Source of the DNA: Tubiluchus corallicola
Lineage: Eukaryota > Animalia > Priapulida
Reading direction: 5' to 3'
NCBI GenBank assembly: GCA_030141605.1
Contig: JAQGDQ010000567.1
Span: forward strand, 1-64,000
Length of the DNA stretch: 64,000 nt
The stretch's first letter is position 1; each line of letters opens with the position of its first letter. This document shows, one piece after another, positions 15,538 to 28,870 of the stretch. A program made the translations under genes and the position numbers. The notes beneath the pieces were generated by a model, which worked only from the letters and a program-made list of their open reading frames with translations, searched no databases and was not told the origin of the DNA.

Positions 15538-16436
15538 CAACAGGTCTATTTATGTAAATATGTATTTTAAAATAAAACATTAAGAATCATCATCATCATC
15601 ATCGTCGTCGTCGTCATCATCATCATCATCATATGATATGTTACATTACGTTACGTAATGTTAACATTATCGACAAAAGCCAACAGCTTTGTGAGTCTAA
15701 AACAAATAACTAGCAGTTCTGCATTTTAAGAATCTCAGAGGAGTTTATTTAAAAAACAATAATTTGGAACTATGTACGCAAAGTAAACAAAACGTACGAA
15801 CAGTTGTAAAGCAACTATCCAAAAAAACTGACTGTAATTATGTATAATTAGCCAAATAAAGAGAAAACTAGTAATGTACAAACAGCAAACTCTTAATGCG
15901 CCTCAAGTATGGCTTCACTGGGGCGGCTGATGAGCACAGCTGGGACAGAAGCACTAAAATCAAAGGGCAAGTTTACGCGATAAACTGTTTGCAAAAATAA
16001 GCAGACTATAACATTACACCTTATAATGTGCCGGGCTGATTTATGCTGCACACCTAGGGAGGTAGGCATGTCATACGGACGAGTGCCCGTTTAGGTGATA
16101 AATTGCTAGGACATGTGTACTTCTATAAGCACTCTTTTTCCAAAATCATGTACAATTTCGAGGGAATACAAAGCATGGCTTCGTGCAAAATGAATATTTT
16201 AACTTGTAATATCTAAATATTTTAAAATGAATGGAAGTTTTTTCCGTGTTTGCACTAAGATTTCAGAATTCGCGTTCAACCAAACAAATTGAAGATGTGC
16301 TTTTGCTCTCTTTACTAAAAACGTGTTCAAAATTAAACTAGTTAATCAATACGAAATATTTGCATCTACTCTTGAAATTAAAAGAAATAATATTTTCGAT
16401 GTAGATTACAAAATGTTATTTAATGAAAAAAAAAAA

Positions 16437-16445
16437 TAATAAAAA

Positions 16446-16508
<63 letters not shown>

Positions 16509-16590
16509 CTTTATTTAAAGTCGGCTTTTGGGTCAACAATTAACATTTGCTCAAAGAGCTATTATCGCCGACTGTAAATAACAACCTACA
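16437..16590 (-). mobile_element. LINE 3' end with (ATT)n tail
   Basis: (AAT)n then CTTTATTT, with a GTCGGC...GCCGAC stem. Confidence 0.55.
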
Positions 16591-16616
16591 ACTACATAAC
16601 AGAGAGTATTATTACC

Positions 16617-16763
16617 CCACTTTTACCCTAAATACCACGCGTAAGGCAGGGCAACAGCAGGTACCATTTTTAAAGTCTCTGGTATGACCCGGCCGCTGGT
16701 TTGAACTCACGACCTCCCAGACGGAAAGCAGACGCGTTGCCACTAGACTAAACCGTCCTGGTC
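16617..16763 (-). mobile_element. tRNA-derived SINE, head plus core domain (MetaSINE-like)
   Basis: Minus strand has A-box-like TAGTCTAGTGG and B box GTTCAAACC, then GGGTCATACCAGAGACTTTAAAAATGGTACCTGCTG, recalled as the Meta-type SINE core. Confidence 0.75.
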
Positions 16764-16992
16764 GTATTAATTTTAGTAAAGCCTAAAAACGCTAATAGAT
16801 TGAGCAAAAAAAGACCTGAAGTTTAACTGTGTGATTATAAGTCTCTAACACTGTAGCATTGTTTAAAAATTGAGCATCGAAAAGTGAATTACATGTTAGG
16901 CCTTTTCCTGCCTAATATATAAAGTATATTCTGCATCTCTTATTTATTTTGTGCAGATTTAAATCTAAAATAATATAAAAAATTTATATATT

Positions 16993-17404
16993 ATATTGTA
17001 TTGTATTGTATTGTATTGTATTGTATTGTATTGTATTGTATTGTATTGTATTGTATTGTATTGTATTGTATTGTATTGTATTGTATTGTATTGTATTGTA
17101 CTGTACTGTACTGTACTGTACTGTACTGTACTGTACTGTACTGTACTGTACTGTACTGTACTGTACTGTACTGTACTGTACTGTACTGTACTGTACTGTA
17201 CTGTACTGTACTGTACTGTACTGTACTGTACTGTACTGTACTGTACTGTACTGTACTGTACTGTACTGTACTGTACTGTACTGTACTGTACTGTACTGTA
17301 CTGTACTGTACTGTACTGTACTGTATCGTATCGTATCGTATCGTATCGTATCGTATCGTATCGTATCGTATCGTATCGTATCGTATCGTATCGTATCATA
17401 TCAT
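16993..17404. repeat. Compound pentanucleotide microsatellite (ATTGT)n(ACTGT)n(ATCGT)n
   Basis: Read directly. Confidence 0.97.
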
Positions 17405-17599
17405 ATTATAAATAATATATAAATTTACGTTTTACGATTTGGCAGTAAAAATAAGGAAGTTGATTAAACAGGCTTTAACTAACTTCATTGAACCTTGAAT
17501 GTCAAGTTCAAATGAAAATGAACTTTATGAAGGGAAATTTCCAGGAAATAGACGTCGATATTATTTTATAATGCCCGGATGTTAGATAACCGCCACGCG

Positions 17600-17890
17600 T
17601 CTTGAAGCCATATGTCTTCACAAAATCCTCCTGCGAGTACGTACTTGCGCAATGTATGAACCCTGGTTATAGCCCTGCATCATGTCTGGGACCCAGCAAC
17701 AAAATATTATACGGTCTCGTGCTGGTTCGGTTGAAAAAACTCAATACGGTGGCGGCGTGTCCCTGTATAACTACCGACGCGCGCTAGAGGTCAACGTACG
17801 AAGCAGTGAATCACTTTGGGGAGTTCCATTCCGTGATTGTCTGGGGTAGGGAGCGACTGACTGGAAGCTGCACAGTTGCGCAGGGAGATA
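17600..17890 (-). mobile_element. Degraded CR1-group LINE 3' end
   Basis: Minus frame near 17815-17855 reads YPR-TITEWNSP (one indel), like the FFPRTI.EWNSLP motif. Confidence 0.4.
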
Positions 17891-18349
17891 TTTTCTTATG
17901 ATAGTACGCGCACTTTTTTATAAATTTGTGCAGTGGTTTCCCTTTTGAGAAAATTTGTCGTTTCTTCTTAGGACGTAATAAAATTTTAAACTAAGCTAAT
18001 CTAGCGTATTTGTTTGCTGCATAACTGAAACCAGAGAGTTTGAGTTTCAATACAGTAACTGTAAATATTACAGACTTATTCTGTGCCTAGCATAATTCCG
18101 TAATGATGAACAAATAATGCTATCTGCTGTTATTCGCCAGTTCTCCATTACACGTAGGTTCTACTATAGTAACAGATTAAAGTAACACAGAATAACAACG
18201 TCAATTTTCAAGGCATGCTCTTTTCTCAAAAATTGTTTGAGGAAAAGGGTTAAATCGTGTTGTAATTTAAATGCAAATGATTTGGTTATTGCAAAAAATT
18301 TTCAGCTTTTGGCTTCAACCGGCTATTATGCCAAACAAGACAGATAGTT

Positions 18350-18522
18350 TGTCACTATTGTGGATTTTGATACATTAGTAACTTTAGATGATCGTTGAGC
18401 TGCCTATCTGTCACTATTGTGGATTTTGCTACATTAGTAACTTTAGATGATCTTTGAGCTGCCTATCTGTCACTATTGTGGATTTTGCTACATTAGTAAC
18501 TTTAGATGATCTTTGAACTGCT
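18350..18522. repeat. 59 bp tandem repeat, about 3 copies
   Basis: TGTCACTATTGTGGATTTTG.TACATTAGTAACTTTAGATGATC.TTGAGCTGCCTATC. Confidence 0.9.
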
Positions 18523-18849
18523 TAACGTGATCATATTATAAGTCTTTAAGTTTTTTCCTTTAACTATCAACATTCATGAAACATTGTTCTGTGTTTAAGT
18601 TACTACGCAGATCAAATTGTTTTTTAGAAACTTATAATACGAATAACGATGGTATATAACACACGTAAAGTGACGAAATGATCAAGACTCCGTGCAAAAC
18701 TGGAAGCTGCATGTAACCGGAAGTACTACCCTTCCCCCATGTATCTCGTCGCCTACTTGCCATTTTCTGCGACAAGATTGGCTCTCTGATAAGACCGTCA
18801 TTCGATAGCGTCTGTTGGCAGGCCGTAAAACAGAAGAAATGTTTCTTAT

Positions 18850-19508
18850 ATCTGACACCGGACGTTGTGGGATTGGTTAGGGACTTAGGTCGAACTTGTC
18901 CACGTGTCCACCATCTTCTTCTAGGGGGTGTCACTTAGCAGCAAGAAGAGGGGTGTCATGCAGCCGTAAAGGCTATTCACTCGAACCCTCATTGAAGGCA
19001 ATCCATTTTGTAGGAAATATGAAACAAGTTTTCAAGGACATTCCAGTGATTCCACGAGAGTTTCTTACTGAGTTCTTGGGACGGCTTTGGAGCAATTAAT
19101 CAACAATTTCGACGAAGTCCTCCATTTGGAATCCAATCACTCCGGAGGCTGCGTTATGAAAACAACGAGATGATCGCTTTGTACATATGGAAACTTCATG
19201 GAGAGGTCAAGCGAGGGCAAATCGTCTTATTTTCTGGCAATTAACTTTGGCACTCGGCTTTCAGCTGTTTCGGTAAGCTGAACCTCGTGTGGCTGAAGCA
19301 TCTATTTTGTTTATTATGGGATCAGTCCCACGATGTACCAAAAGCTCCTTATATTGCAATCATTCGCTTTGTCAATGTAACCAATGTTCAACAGGCGATG
19401 AACGGTTTCAATTACTTTACTATCGCAACACAATGTGGCTTTCAAATTGGCACAAACTGGCACAAAATTTAAGTAGAAACTGCTCAGAACACCCAGTTGA
19501 AAAAATGA
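18850..19508 (+). pseudogene. Decayed, intron-less coding sequence with an RRM-like domain
   Basis: One frame, 19143-19508, reads ALYIWKLHGEV...*LWHSAFSCFGKLNLVWL...APYIAIIRFVNVTNVQQAMNGFN...GTNWHKI*VETA, which has RNP2, F..FG.L, RNP1 and I.VE spacing; internal stops at 19242 and 19470. Confidence 0.45.
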
Positions 19509-19921
19509 CGGAATTATTATTGTAATTGCAGTCGAATTAGTTCCAGTGCGTGCCTTTTCTTGTTGGGAGTGTTCTTTTCGCTGGAGGCCAATGCGTTAGT
19601 AAGTAAAGCGACTGTTGGTACTCAAACAATAAACTGCTTATTTACAAAGCTAAAAGGACGTTTCCAGGTTCATCCTCCAAGGGCAGTCAAGGCCATTTTC
19701 GAAATTTCGCCAAATTTTACCTGTCTCAACTTTGAACAGGTGCTCATAGACGCTGTTGAACTTTGGCACATTTGTGGGTTGGTATTAGAAATTCGTACCA
19801 TACAGTGTGTAGTACACATACACTATTTTGTCTAGTACTATTTGTTGTGCAGGACAAAAAATGGTGGTATTCTGGGTTCTTGTCACACGAAGGATGACAC
19901 GTATGGCCTTGTTGTGCACAC

Positions 19922-20310
<389 letters not shown>

Positions 20311-21035
20311 TTCAATATTTTTTTGAGGCTTTAGATACTTTCGCCTGTCTTTTAAATGATTCTTGCTGCTTTCCAGTGAAAATGCTGTGCATTAGGTATG
20401 TCGATTATAGCTGTATACAGAATCACAGAAAAACCCAAACATATAGTGGGTTTCACTAATTCTAGGCCTAATTATAATCGACCGCTAATCCACGACGCAC
20501 ATGTACATACAGAGATTATAATGGAAATATTGAAAGCAGCACAGAACTATTGTTGTTGGACGAAAAAACTGGCGTTATGACGCCACGTCCACGGATGCTC
20601 CACCCAGATTACAAGGGCATTAAGTGGCCAGGGTTGGTTTGTTTAGCTTTTCTGTGATTAGTCCTTGATTGGCCGACTATTATTATTATTGTGCTGCTTC
20701 AGCAGAAGCCCCAGCACTGCTCGGCTATAAACAATCAGCCACGTGTGCTCCTCCTGCTGGTACTGAGGCTGAGAGCACGAGGAGGCGATATTTGCTAAGA
20801 AGTTAAGTGGGCTTGTTTACAATTATCCTCGCCGAAGTGCTGTTAAACGTTTATTGTAATGACATTTATGAGACTGAACATTCGCAGAGGTGACTGCCAA
20901 GCTGAAGGAAATGTGGAATGTTGGAAGTAGAAAAACTATGAAATAGGATCCTGCTAGAGAGAGACTGAAGCCTTTGTGCAAGTGTCCACTAGTACATAAA
21001 TATGCTGTAAAATATCTTTCCACGTCATTAATACT

Positions 21036-21525
<490 letters not shown>

Positions 21526-22999
21526 TATTATAACATGTTTCTTTTCAATATTTTCTTTGAGGCTTTAGATACAAAGGCTTCGCCTGTCTTAATGATTCTT
21601 GCTGCTTCCCAGTGAAAATGCATAGAATTTTTTAACATACGTTTGTTGTCTAAATAATCTGTTTGTTTATTTGTTATATTTAGTAAAAAGTACGTTCAAA
21701 TTCTTATACTTCTTATTACATTTGTTTTTCATTGTCAACGATGTGTGGGAGCAGAAAAATGAGAAGTTGACACACTACTGGCTGCCGCTATTTGTCAGAA
21801 TTTTGTACAAAAAAGTGAACCCTCTTTTACAGCGCACACACACATCAGGAATGCTAGGCAGTTTAAGCGGCCTCTTTCACCTTTCTTTGTTCTGCTTTTT
21901 GCGAAAATAGCGCGTCGTGTCTTAGCACACAGCGCTTTGTTACACTAGCAGTTACAGGCCAATGCTCCTTGAGCACAAATCAGCCTTTCCCAGCATCACC
22001 CTAACAAGGTTAAAGGCTGCTGCAACATCAGTTGACAGAGCCAACGAGCGCGTCCTTGGTCATCGCCCTGTCAACCAGCTGCTGGCGGGATGGTAATCTG
22101 TTGAACGTTAAAAGCTTAACCCCGTCTCTTCAAACAACAATAAGAATGCCTTTGCATTATTATTACATTTTCTCTCATAATGGGAGGAAGCTCTGTCGGT
22201 GTGAACGCAGCTTTATGGCATCATTGTTCCTTTGTTTTTGTAGCCAAGATGGTCCTTTGGACTTACAGGTTCTTGACACGACCGGACTTCTTTCCTTTCA
22301 CAGGGATTAACCTGTTCAAATCCCATGTCGCATCATGTGACACAATGCCACCCACCTGACACATGCGTGAGAATTTGCCGCAGACAATGTGGAAATTTTC
22401 CCCCTTTGCCTTGCAGATCAAGTTGACAAGATCTTGGGACCTTGGAGGGTTTTGATTAAAAGGCCTCGACGATAGACGCTCCTTCATTATTAGGGTTATT
22501 GTCAGGATGGCCGTAAAGGATCTTAATCGTATTCAACAACGGCTTTTGTGCGTGTTTCTGTAAATAACGAACTAATTGCGTGACGGCAGCAATAAGGACA
22601 TTGTGTCACCTTGATGTAAAAATAGCAACTGAAGAAAATGGAGACACACAACATATATGATCACCAAGTTATTTATATTTTTAATAATTTTAATGACTGA
22701 CTAATGTTGGACGAAATGTACAATTCTTGACTTTCTAATAAAATTAGGTTTATAGATGGACGGATTCACTGACGTGTTTACGTTTTCAAAAACAGATGTT
22801 TCGGGGCCTATTACGGGCACCTTTCTCGATGTTTGTTTTATTAGTGTCGGTGATAATGGACGCCAAACGTATTAAAATCTAAATGAACTTCTAAAACCAA
22901 ACTTCACTGAAAGTCAGGAAAGGTGAAAAAATGTTTTGCGAGTTTGGATTTGAACCAAGAACTTTTGAGTTACACACACAATACTAAGGTTCAAATCTC

Positions 23000-23295
23000 G
23001 ACCGTGTTAGAATTCATGACTTAGGGTTTTGGGTTCAAGTTTGGGTTCAAAAAGTCGCTAATCGTTTAGTTGTTGTAGTACCAGACAATGTCTGTCTGTC
23101 TGGTGTCTGGTGTCTGAATGTATGTCTGTTGTGCACGCGACTGTGTTAGAATTCATGTCTTAGGGTTTTGGGTTCAAGTTTGGGTTCAAAATGTCGCTAA
23201 CCGTTTAGTTGTTGTAGTACCAGACAATGTATGTCTGTCTGGCGTCTGGTGTCCGCTCTCTGAATGTATGTCTGGTATGTCTGTTGCGCATGCGC
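23000..23295. repeat. About 139 bp tandem duplication
   Basis: GTGTTAGAATTCATG.CTTAGGGTTTTGGGTTCAAGTTTGGGTTCAAAA...GTACCAGACAATGT occurs twice. Confidence 0.9.
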
Positions 23296-25119
23296 ACAAC
23301 GTAGATTTGTCATAAAATCTGTTTGAGCCATTAACGATTTTGTTCGATTAAAGTTTGCGGCAAGTCTGCAATATTATCTCCCTTTAGGAAACACCAAACA
23401 GTCCATGTTTAGCGAGACGCCATTGTTATTATGAGTTATCGTGGCCTGGGAGTTAAGCAGTTAAGCAATCAGTAATATCTGGTAGAGTTTGAGTTTGTCC
23501 GCCGTACGCACAATGTTGTCTCAATTGCAAATTTGCCCCCTCCGAATCCTTGCTGACCTCTTCGACGACAATAAGTGGTAATCAGATGACATGCACTTAT
23601 GTGTACTTGTCCTTGAATTCTCGAAATGAGTCTATTGTACCCATCTCTGCTGGGTATCCACGCTGGGAACGCATCTGACAATTTTCATTTTGCTGGTTAC
23701 CCCTCCTCCTAGGCACGTGAATTCTGTATTAATTGCAATAATCTCACCCCTGACATATGCTGTGTGAATTAAATATCAACCGTGCGGTAATTACGAAGGC
23801 TACGCTACACGAGAATTGAGTTAGACCTCGTGGAGAAATAGCTGGTTGCGGTCATTGTCACACATCTGGCATAGAGTGGTACACCCACTTTGTTTGGGAA
23901 TTCGTCAGCCCAAAACTCCACTTATAAACCGGCGTGACTGGCTGCAACAGTGTCTAGTTTTTTTTTCTGGATTACTGCTGTGTTTACCTGCTGGAGGACT
24001 GATTCTTTCCATGTTAGAACTCTAATTGTCCAATGTCTGCAATAGACGTAATGGGCGTATGATGATAATGATCGTAATAGCAATACGTTTCAAAATAAAA
24101 ACTCAATATTACTTGAATAAGTCGAATAAGTTTTTCGTTTGTAAGCTTAGTTTTTTAGAAGAAAAATTAAATTTGTCATCTGAAATGTGCTTAGATAATT
24201 TTGAAATTCAAGCTAGGCAGCTTGAAAAGCTATCCGATATTCATGCAAATTACAAGTTGTATGCACAAGAATATTTTGCAATTTCGAACTTTGTTGCTAA
24301 AGTGTGCAGTGGTACCATGTAACTTTCTTTTTATTTTTTCATATTTAAACACTTTCTAGACAATGTAGCAGATTGTAAATAATAAAAAAAAATTGGACTG
24401 TTTTGAACTAAAGCTCTAGTCGTACGCGATTTTCACAAGGATCATCGTAGTGGAGACATTGAGAAATCTTCTCTATATACCTCACTTTCACTGGTTTTCT
24501 ATGTTTGTATAAACTGCAAATTGTAAAGCCTTATTGCGTATCACTTTTCTGAATAATTCTTTTCATGTAATTTGTTTCTACACAGTCAGCTAAAACGACG
24601 TGGTACCTATCTACAAACTAGACAGGTGTTGCAATCTACTACCAGCCAATTTCATCACCCTCCCGCATGGTGCAATGGTGCAAGCTGCCAGGTGATCTGG
24701 AAATTCAGGATGAGTCTAAACTTGTCTGTCTGCTCTTCCCCTAATAACCCGGTCACTGACACAAACAAGGTTATCCATAATAATAACCAGGATAGTGCAG
24801 ATATGTTACGCAACAGTGAATATTCCAGCGGTAAGAGTGGCTTACACGGGGTATGAAATCGTTGTAAAGTTAACAAAATAAAAATGGCTGCGCAGATAAA
24901 GATGTAATTAGAAGATAACCAAATACGGTCATTGAAACTTGTCATTTCACAGGCATAACTATACAAAATGCGTATTTTATACATATTACTTTTTCCTTAA
25001 ACGAAAGTAAAACTTTCATAAAAAATACAATGCCATGGTAGTATAAGTATGTACTGCTGGTAGGAAATAAATATAGTAAATTATTATTGGAAAGGAGAAC
25101 AAATTATTCAGTCTGCAAA

Positions 25120-25722
25120 GAATTCCATTACTAAGCAAGCAATACAACTTTGGAATTCATTACCGACATCACTAAAACACAGCAGCCTTTATCAATATTC
25201 AAGTCTAAATTAAAAAAAACATTTAATGACTCGTTTTGAATATCCGACATACGAACACGATGATGCTTACTCAAATCATAATTTCATTTTTCCTAGACCT
25301 TACTAAACTAGTTTATATTTTATTTTTGAATTTCTAGTTGCATTTATAGTTTAGCTTGTACCAAACGCATTTGCCCAGAACAGTGTATGTTTTTATATGA
25401 ACTAACACTGATTGTCTGTCTTTTAATATGATGGTCAATGTTTTTTATATGAACTAAGTCTGTCTTTTAAGTCATTTATTTCATAAGTCATTTATTTCAC
25501 ATTACACATTTACAATAGTTTCATGTACAATATCTAGTGAAAGGGCCTACAATGAACATAATACAAATAAGAAATACTGCACAGGAAAAGCCTCAAACAC
25601 TGTTCACCTATATACGAATGTAAATGTGTTGCGGGCAATCAAAAAGCAGGGCTTGTTAGATTGTCCCACAAAATGGTCAATGTTTTTAAAATGGCAAATA
25701 AAGATTGTACGACTACTACTAC
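25120..25722 (+). mobile_element. CR1/L2-group LINE 3' end, subfamily A, copy 2, interrupted by an antisense LINE end
   Basis: Starts NSITKQAIQLWNSLPTSLKH; matches 3136-3483; insert at about 25469-25670; 3' end resumes at ATGGTCAATG...AATAAAGAT and (CTA)n. Confidence 0.85.
25469..25670 (-). mobile_element. Nested LINE 3' fragment (same family as 30643-30890)
   Basis: About 190 bp nearly identical to 30649-30836. Confidence 0.8.
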
Positions 25723-26371
25723 ATATAGAAAAAAGGATAAGAAATCTAGATTTCATGACTGCTATTTTTTCTATACTAAACTTCTAATCCTTTAAAAGGA
25801 CATGAGAAATACGAAAAAAATATACGAAACCGAAGTTATACCCAAAAACATAAAATGAAATAATTATTTTTTCGAAACGTGGTAAACTTTGATTTTTCGT
25901 GAAAACATTCTTGTTATGCATTACGTGTGCGTACATTCACGGCGATGCGCATGTTACTGGTCATTACAAGTTGTGCGTTTCTTCGCATTTCTGTTAGCGT
26001 AGTTAAAAATCTCACTTTTTGCCAACGCTTATTAAAGGACCAATAGGAGCCCTAAGGTTTAAAATACGCATTAAACAGATATATAAAAACACATATTCAG
26101 AACGATAACCTCAAAATGTTCGCGATTGAATCAATCCTACAGACTTGGGCGAATAAATATTTAGAACGGGTTTAATTTTTACCAAATTAACTGCGCAATA
26201 TTCAGAGCGGTGAACTTTTGGCTTGTTGCCAAGCGACGAGTTTTATTAGCCTCGCCATCAAAGAAACCGATCAACAAGAATCTCGTGACATTCAATTACG
26301 TGCGTTCTTTTTGTAAAAGTGCGCGCGCAGGCGTGTGAGCATGCGCACCGCGTTTTAGAAAGAGCGCGCAT

Positions 26372-26712
26372 CACAGATAAAGTTCTATATGAAAAAATAA
26401 AAGAAGAACTTTGGACAAGAAAAATAAAAAGACACCGTTTGGGATGCATTGAGCATATCCTTAGACTACCTGATGATATTCCTGTGAAGATAGCTTTTCA
26501 ACAAGCCATAGAACCAGCTAAAAAACCTGCAGAAGGACAAATGTTAACATATTTAGATTTTGCACAGAAAGATTTAAACACTTCAGCATTGACCCTTAGA
26601 AATAAATGTACTTGGGGCATTGCGGCGAGCAGAAAGTCCTGGCATAGGGAGGTGAGCAGAATCATGTCACTGGACGTGTGATTCATTGGATGATGATGAT
26701 GATGATGATGAT
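26372..26712 (+). mobile_element. RTE-clade LINE 3' end, copy 2
   Basis: ITDKVLYEKIKEELWTRKIKRHRLGCIEHILRLPDD...SRKSWH; (GAT)n tail; highly similar to 9262-9563. Confidence 0.8.
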
Positions 26713-27479
26713 AAAGTTCTCCTATTTACTCGAAATTTATTAACATTTTTATGCATTAGCCTTGACGCAGATGAAACAGGGGAGGAAATAAACGTTTTAC
26801 AGCTGCCACCCTTTCTGCATAGCCTAAATTTCACATTGTCTACATTGTTCACATTTTATTGTCTACAATTCAGGCTACATCATGACTACCGTAAACCGTT
26901 AAAGGAAAGGTCAAGCCTTCTGGAATGTTAGGCTTATTTCAATGTTCGTGAAAATCATTAGGATTTTGTAATAAAATTGTGATAAGCACCTCGCGTAATT
27001 AATGAAATCGCTTTAAAGTCGCGATCAGTTCCCGCTTTGGCACTCACATCTTGAACGCCCATTCTTCTACTAACGATGTCGCTGGTTTCGTGACATTTCC
27101 GTCAACAGTATAACTTTTTACAAAAAAGGTAGCTAATTTTGCGATATTTTTCCACGAACATTACGCAAAACCAACGAAAGTGAAATACTTTAAACAGTAT
27201 GTGCTTACGGAAAGCCACGAAACGCGTACGAAAAGTCACGAAGTCCACCAATTACGTCATAATTTTGAAGTGAACGGCGGCTACCACCACGCCTGAAAAT
27301 TTCTACACAGCTGTTATACAAATTAACTTTATGCTTCATAAACAGATTTTTGCAAATTTCTTTGTCATATTTTTCCAAGTTTAAGTGATAACAGTAAAAT
27401 ATATTTAACATGCTAAGTGACCTTTCCTTTCCTTTAAGCTACATTGTTTAGTGCTATATATATATATATATATATATAT

Positions 27480-27638
27480 TTTGCGTGTTGCATTATAATG
27501 TATATTTTGTTTTAAATTTTTGGCACAGGAGTTTTTAGTTTCCACTGGACGCATTTGCCTTTAACAGTTGTGTGAATTTTATTCTCATGCTGCGATGTTC
27601 TTTTATGCTTTTATAGTTATGAATATCGATTTTTTATG
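27480..27638 (+). repeat. Inverted copy of the adjacent LINE 3' UTR
   Basis: Reverse complement of 27654-27813 with a few mismatches. Confidence 0.9.
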
Positions 27639-27640
27639 AT

Positions 27641-28110
27641 AATCTTTATTTGCCATAAAAAAATCGATATTCATAACTATAAAAGCATAAAAGAACATCG
27701 CAGCATGAGACTAAAATTCACACAACTGTTAAAGGCAAATGCGTCCAGTGGAAACTAAAAATTACTGTGCCAAAAATTTAAAACAAAATATACATTATAA
27801 TGTTACACGCAAATTATAATAGACTATATACATACAATTTAAAATGGACGTGGGTAAATAAAATTTACGTATGTAGGGTTTTCAAAACGATTTAATGTTT
27901 GTATTTTTAATTTTGATTTGAACTCGTCGAAAGACATGATTTGTTTTAAATTTGATGGCAGGGTATTCCAAAGTTGAACTCCTTGTTTAGTGATAGAATT
28001 GTTGCCGTATTTGTTATTAGTGCGGGGAAGTTATTAGTTATTTGTACAGGGAATCACATAAAAATATGGAAGAAATTTTGTAAACCTTTAAACATAAAAC
28101 AAATTTCGTT
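27641..28110 (-). mobile_element. CR1/L2-group LINE 3' end, subfamily C
   Basis: Minus frame PRTNNKYGNNSITKQGVQLWNTLPSNLKQIMSFDEFKSKLK...NFIYPRPF*; ends GGCAAATAAAGATT. Confidence 0.85.
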
Positions 28111-28562
28111 CATCCTCTACTGTTTCGAAATCATACATTGATTAGTATCTTTCCTTGCACTTAAACGTTAGTTGCTCATCCCTGCTTATTTCTCTTTTAG
28201 TTTGAAGTTACAAAGTTCACGGTCGTGACCATCTAATTGGACGGTAATCGCCATGTGCATTTTTCACATTCACACCAAGACTGCGGGTCTGAAAAGAGGA
28301 ACCAAGCGTACAGCTGAAACTCGTGAATTTGCATTTGAACTTGTAAAGTTGATTCACTCACTGAACTCATTTGACAAGTCAAAGTCACGGAAACTTGCCA
28401 TAGGCCTGCGTATTGTAAGGAACTACTATAATGTGTCCGAGAAAAAGTCAATGCATTTGTGGCATTTTGCGAGAGAAAACTCAAATTCTAAAGAAAGTTT
28501 TCCGTCAGTTTAATCAAACTAATTGTTATAGTAATTATGCACTAGATAGACGTAATAGATCT

Positions 28563-28870
28563 AATAGCATGCCAGCATAACAAAGTGATGGAAATTCAGA
28601 TTTCTTATATAAGATTGTATGTTATATTTAAACTCTATACATATCTCCTTGATAGTTCTTGCACTAAGATCAATAATTTGACAAAGACAATAGCATGCCA
28701 GCATAATAAGGTGATAGAAATTCGGGATTTCTTGTATAACATTGTATGTTATCTTTAAACTCTTTACATATCTCCTTGAAATTTCTTATATAAGATTGTA
28801 TGTTATCTTTAAACTCTATACATATCTCCTTGATAGTTCTTGCACTAAGATCAATAATTTTACAAAGACA
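28563..28870. repeat. Nested tandem duplication (about 125 bp unit with an extra internal 54 bp copy)
   Basis: AATAGCATGCCAGCATAA...CACTAAGATCAATAATTT twice; ATTGTATGTTAT.TTTAAACTCT.TACATATCTCCTTGA three times. Confidence 0.85.

Noticed and set aside
28253-28513. 86 aa ORF
   Set aside because: No family motif or splice support.
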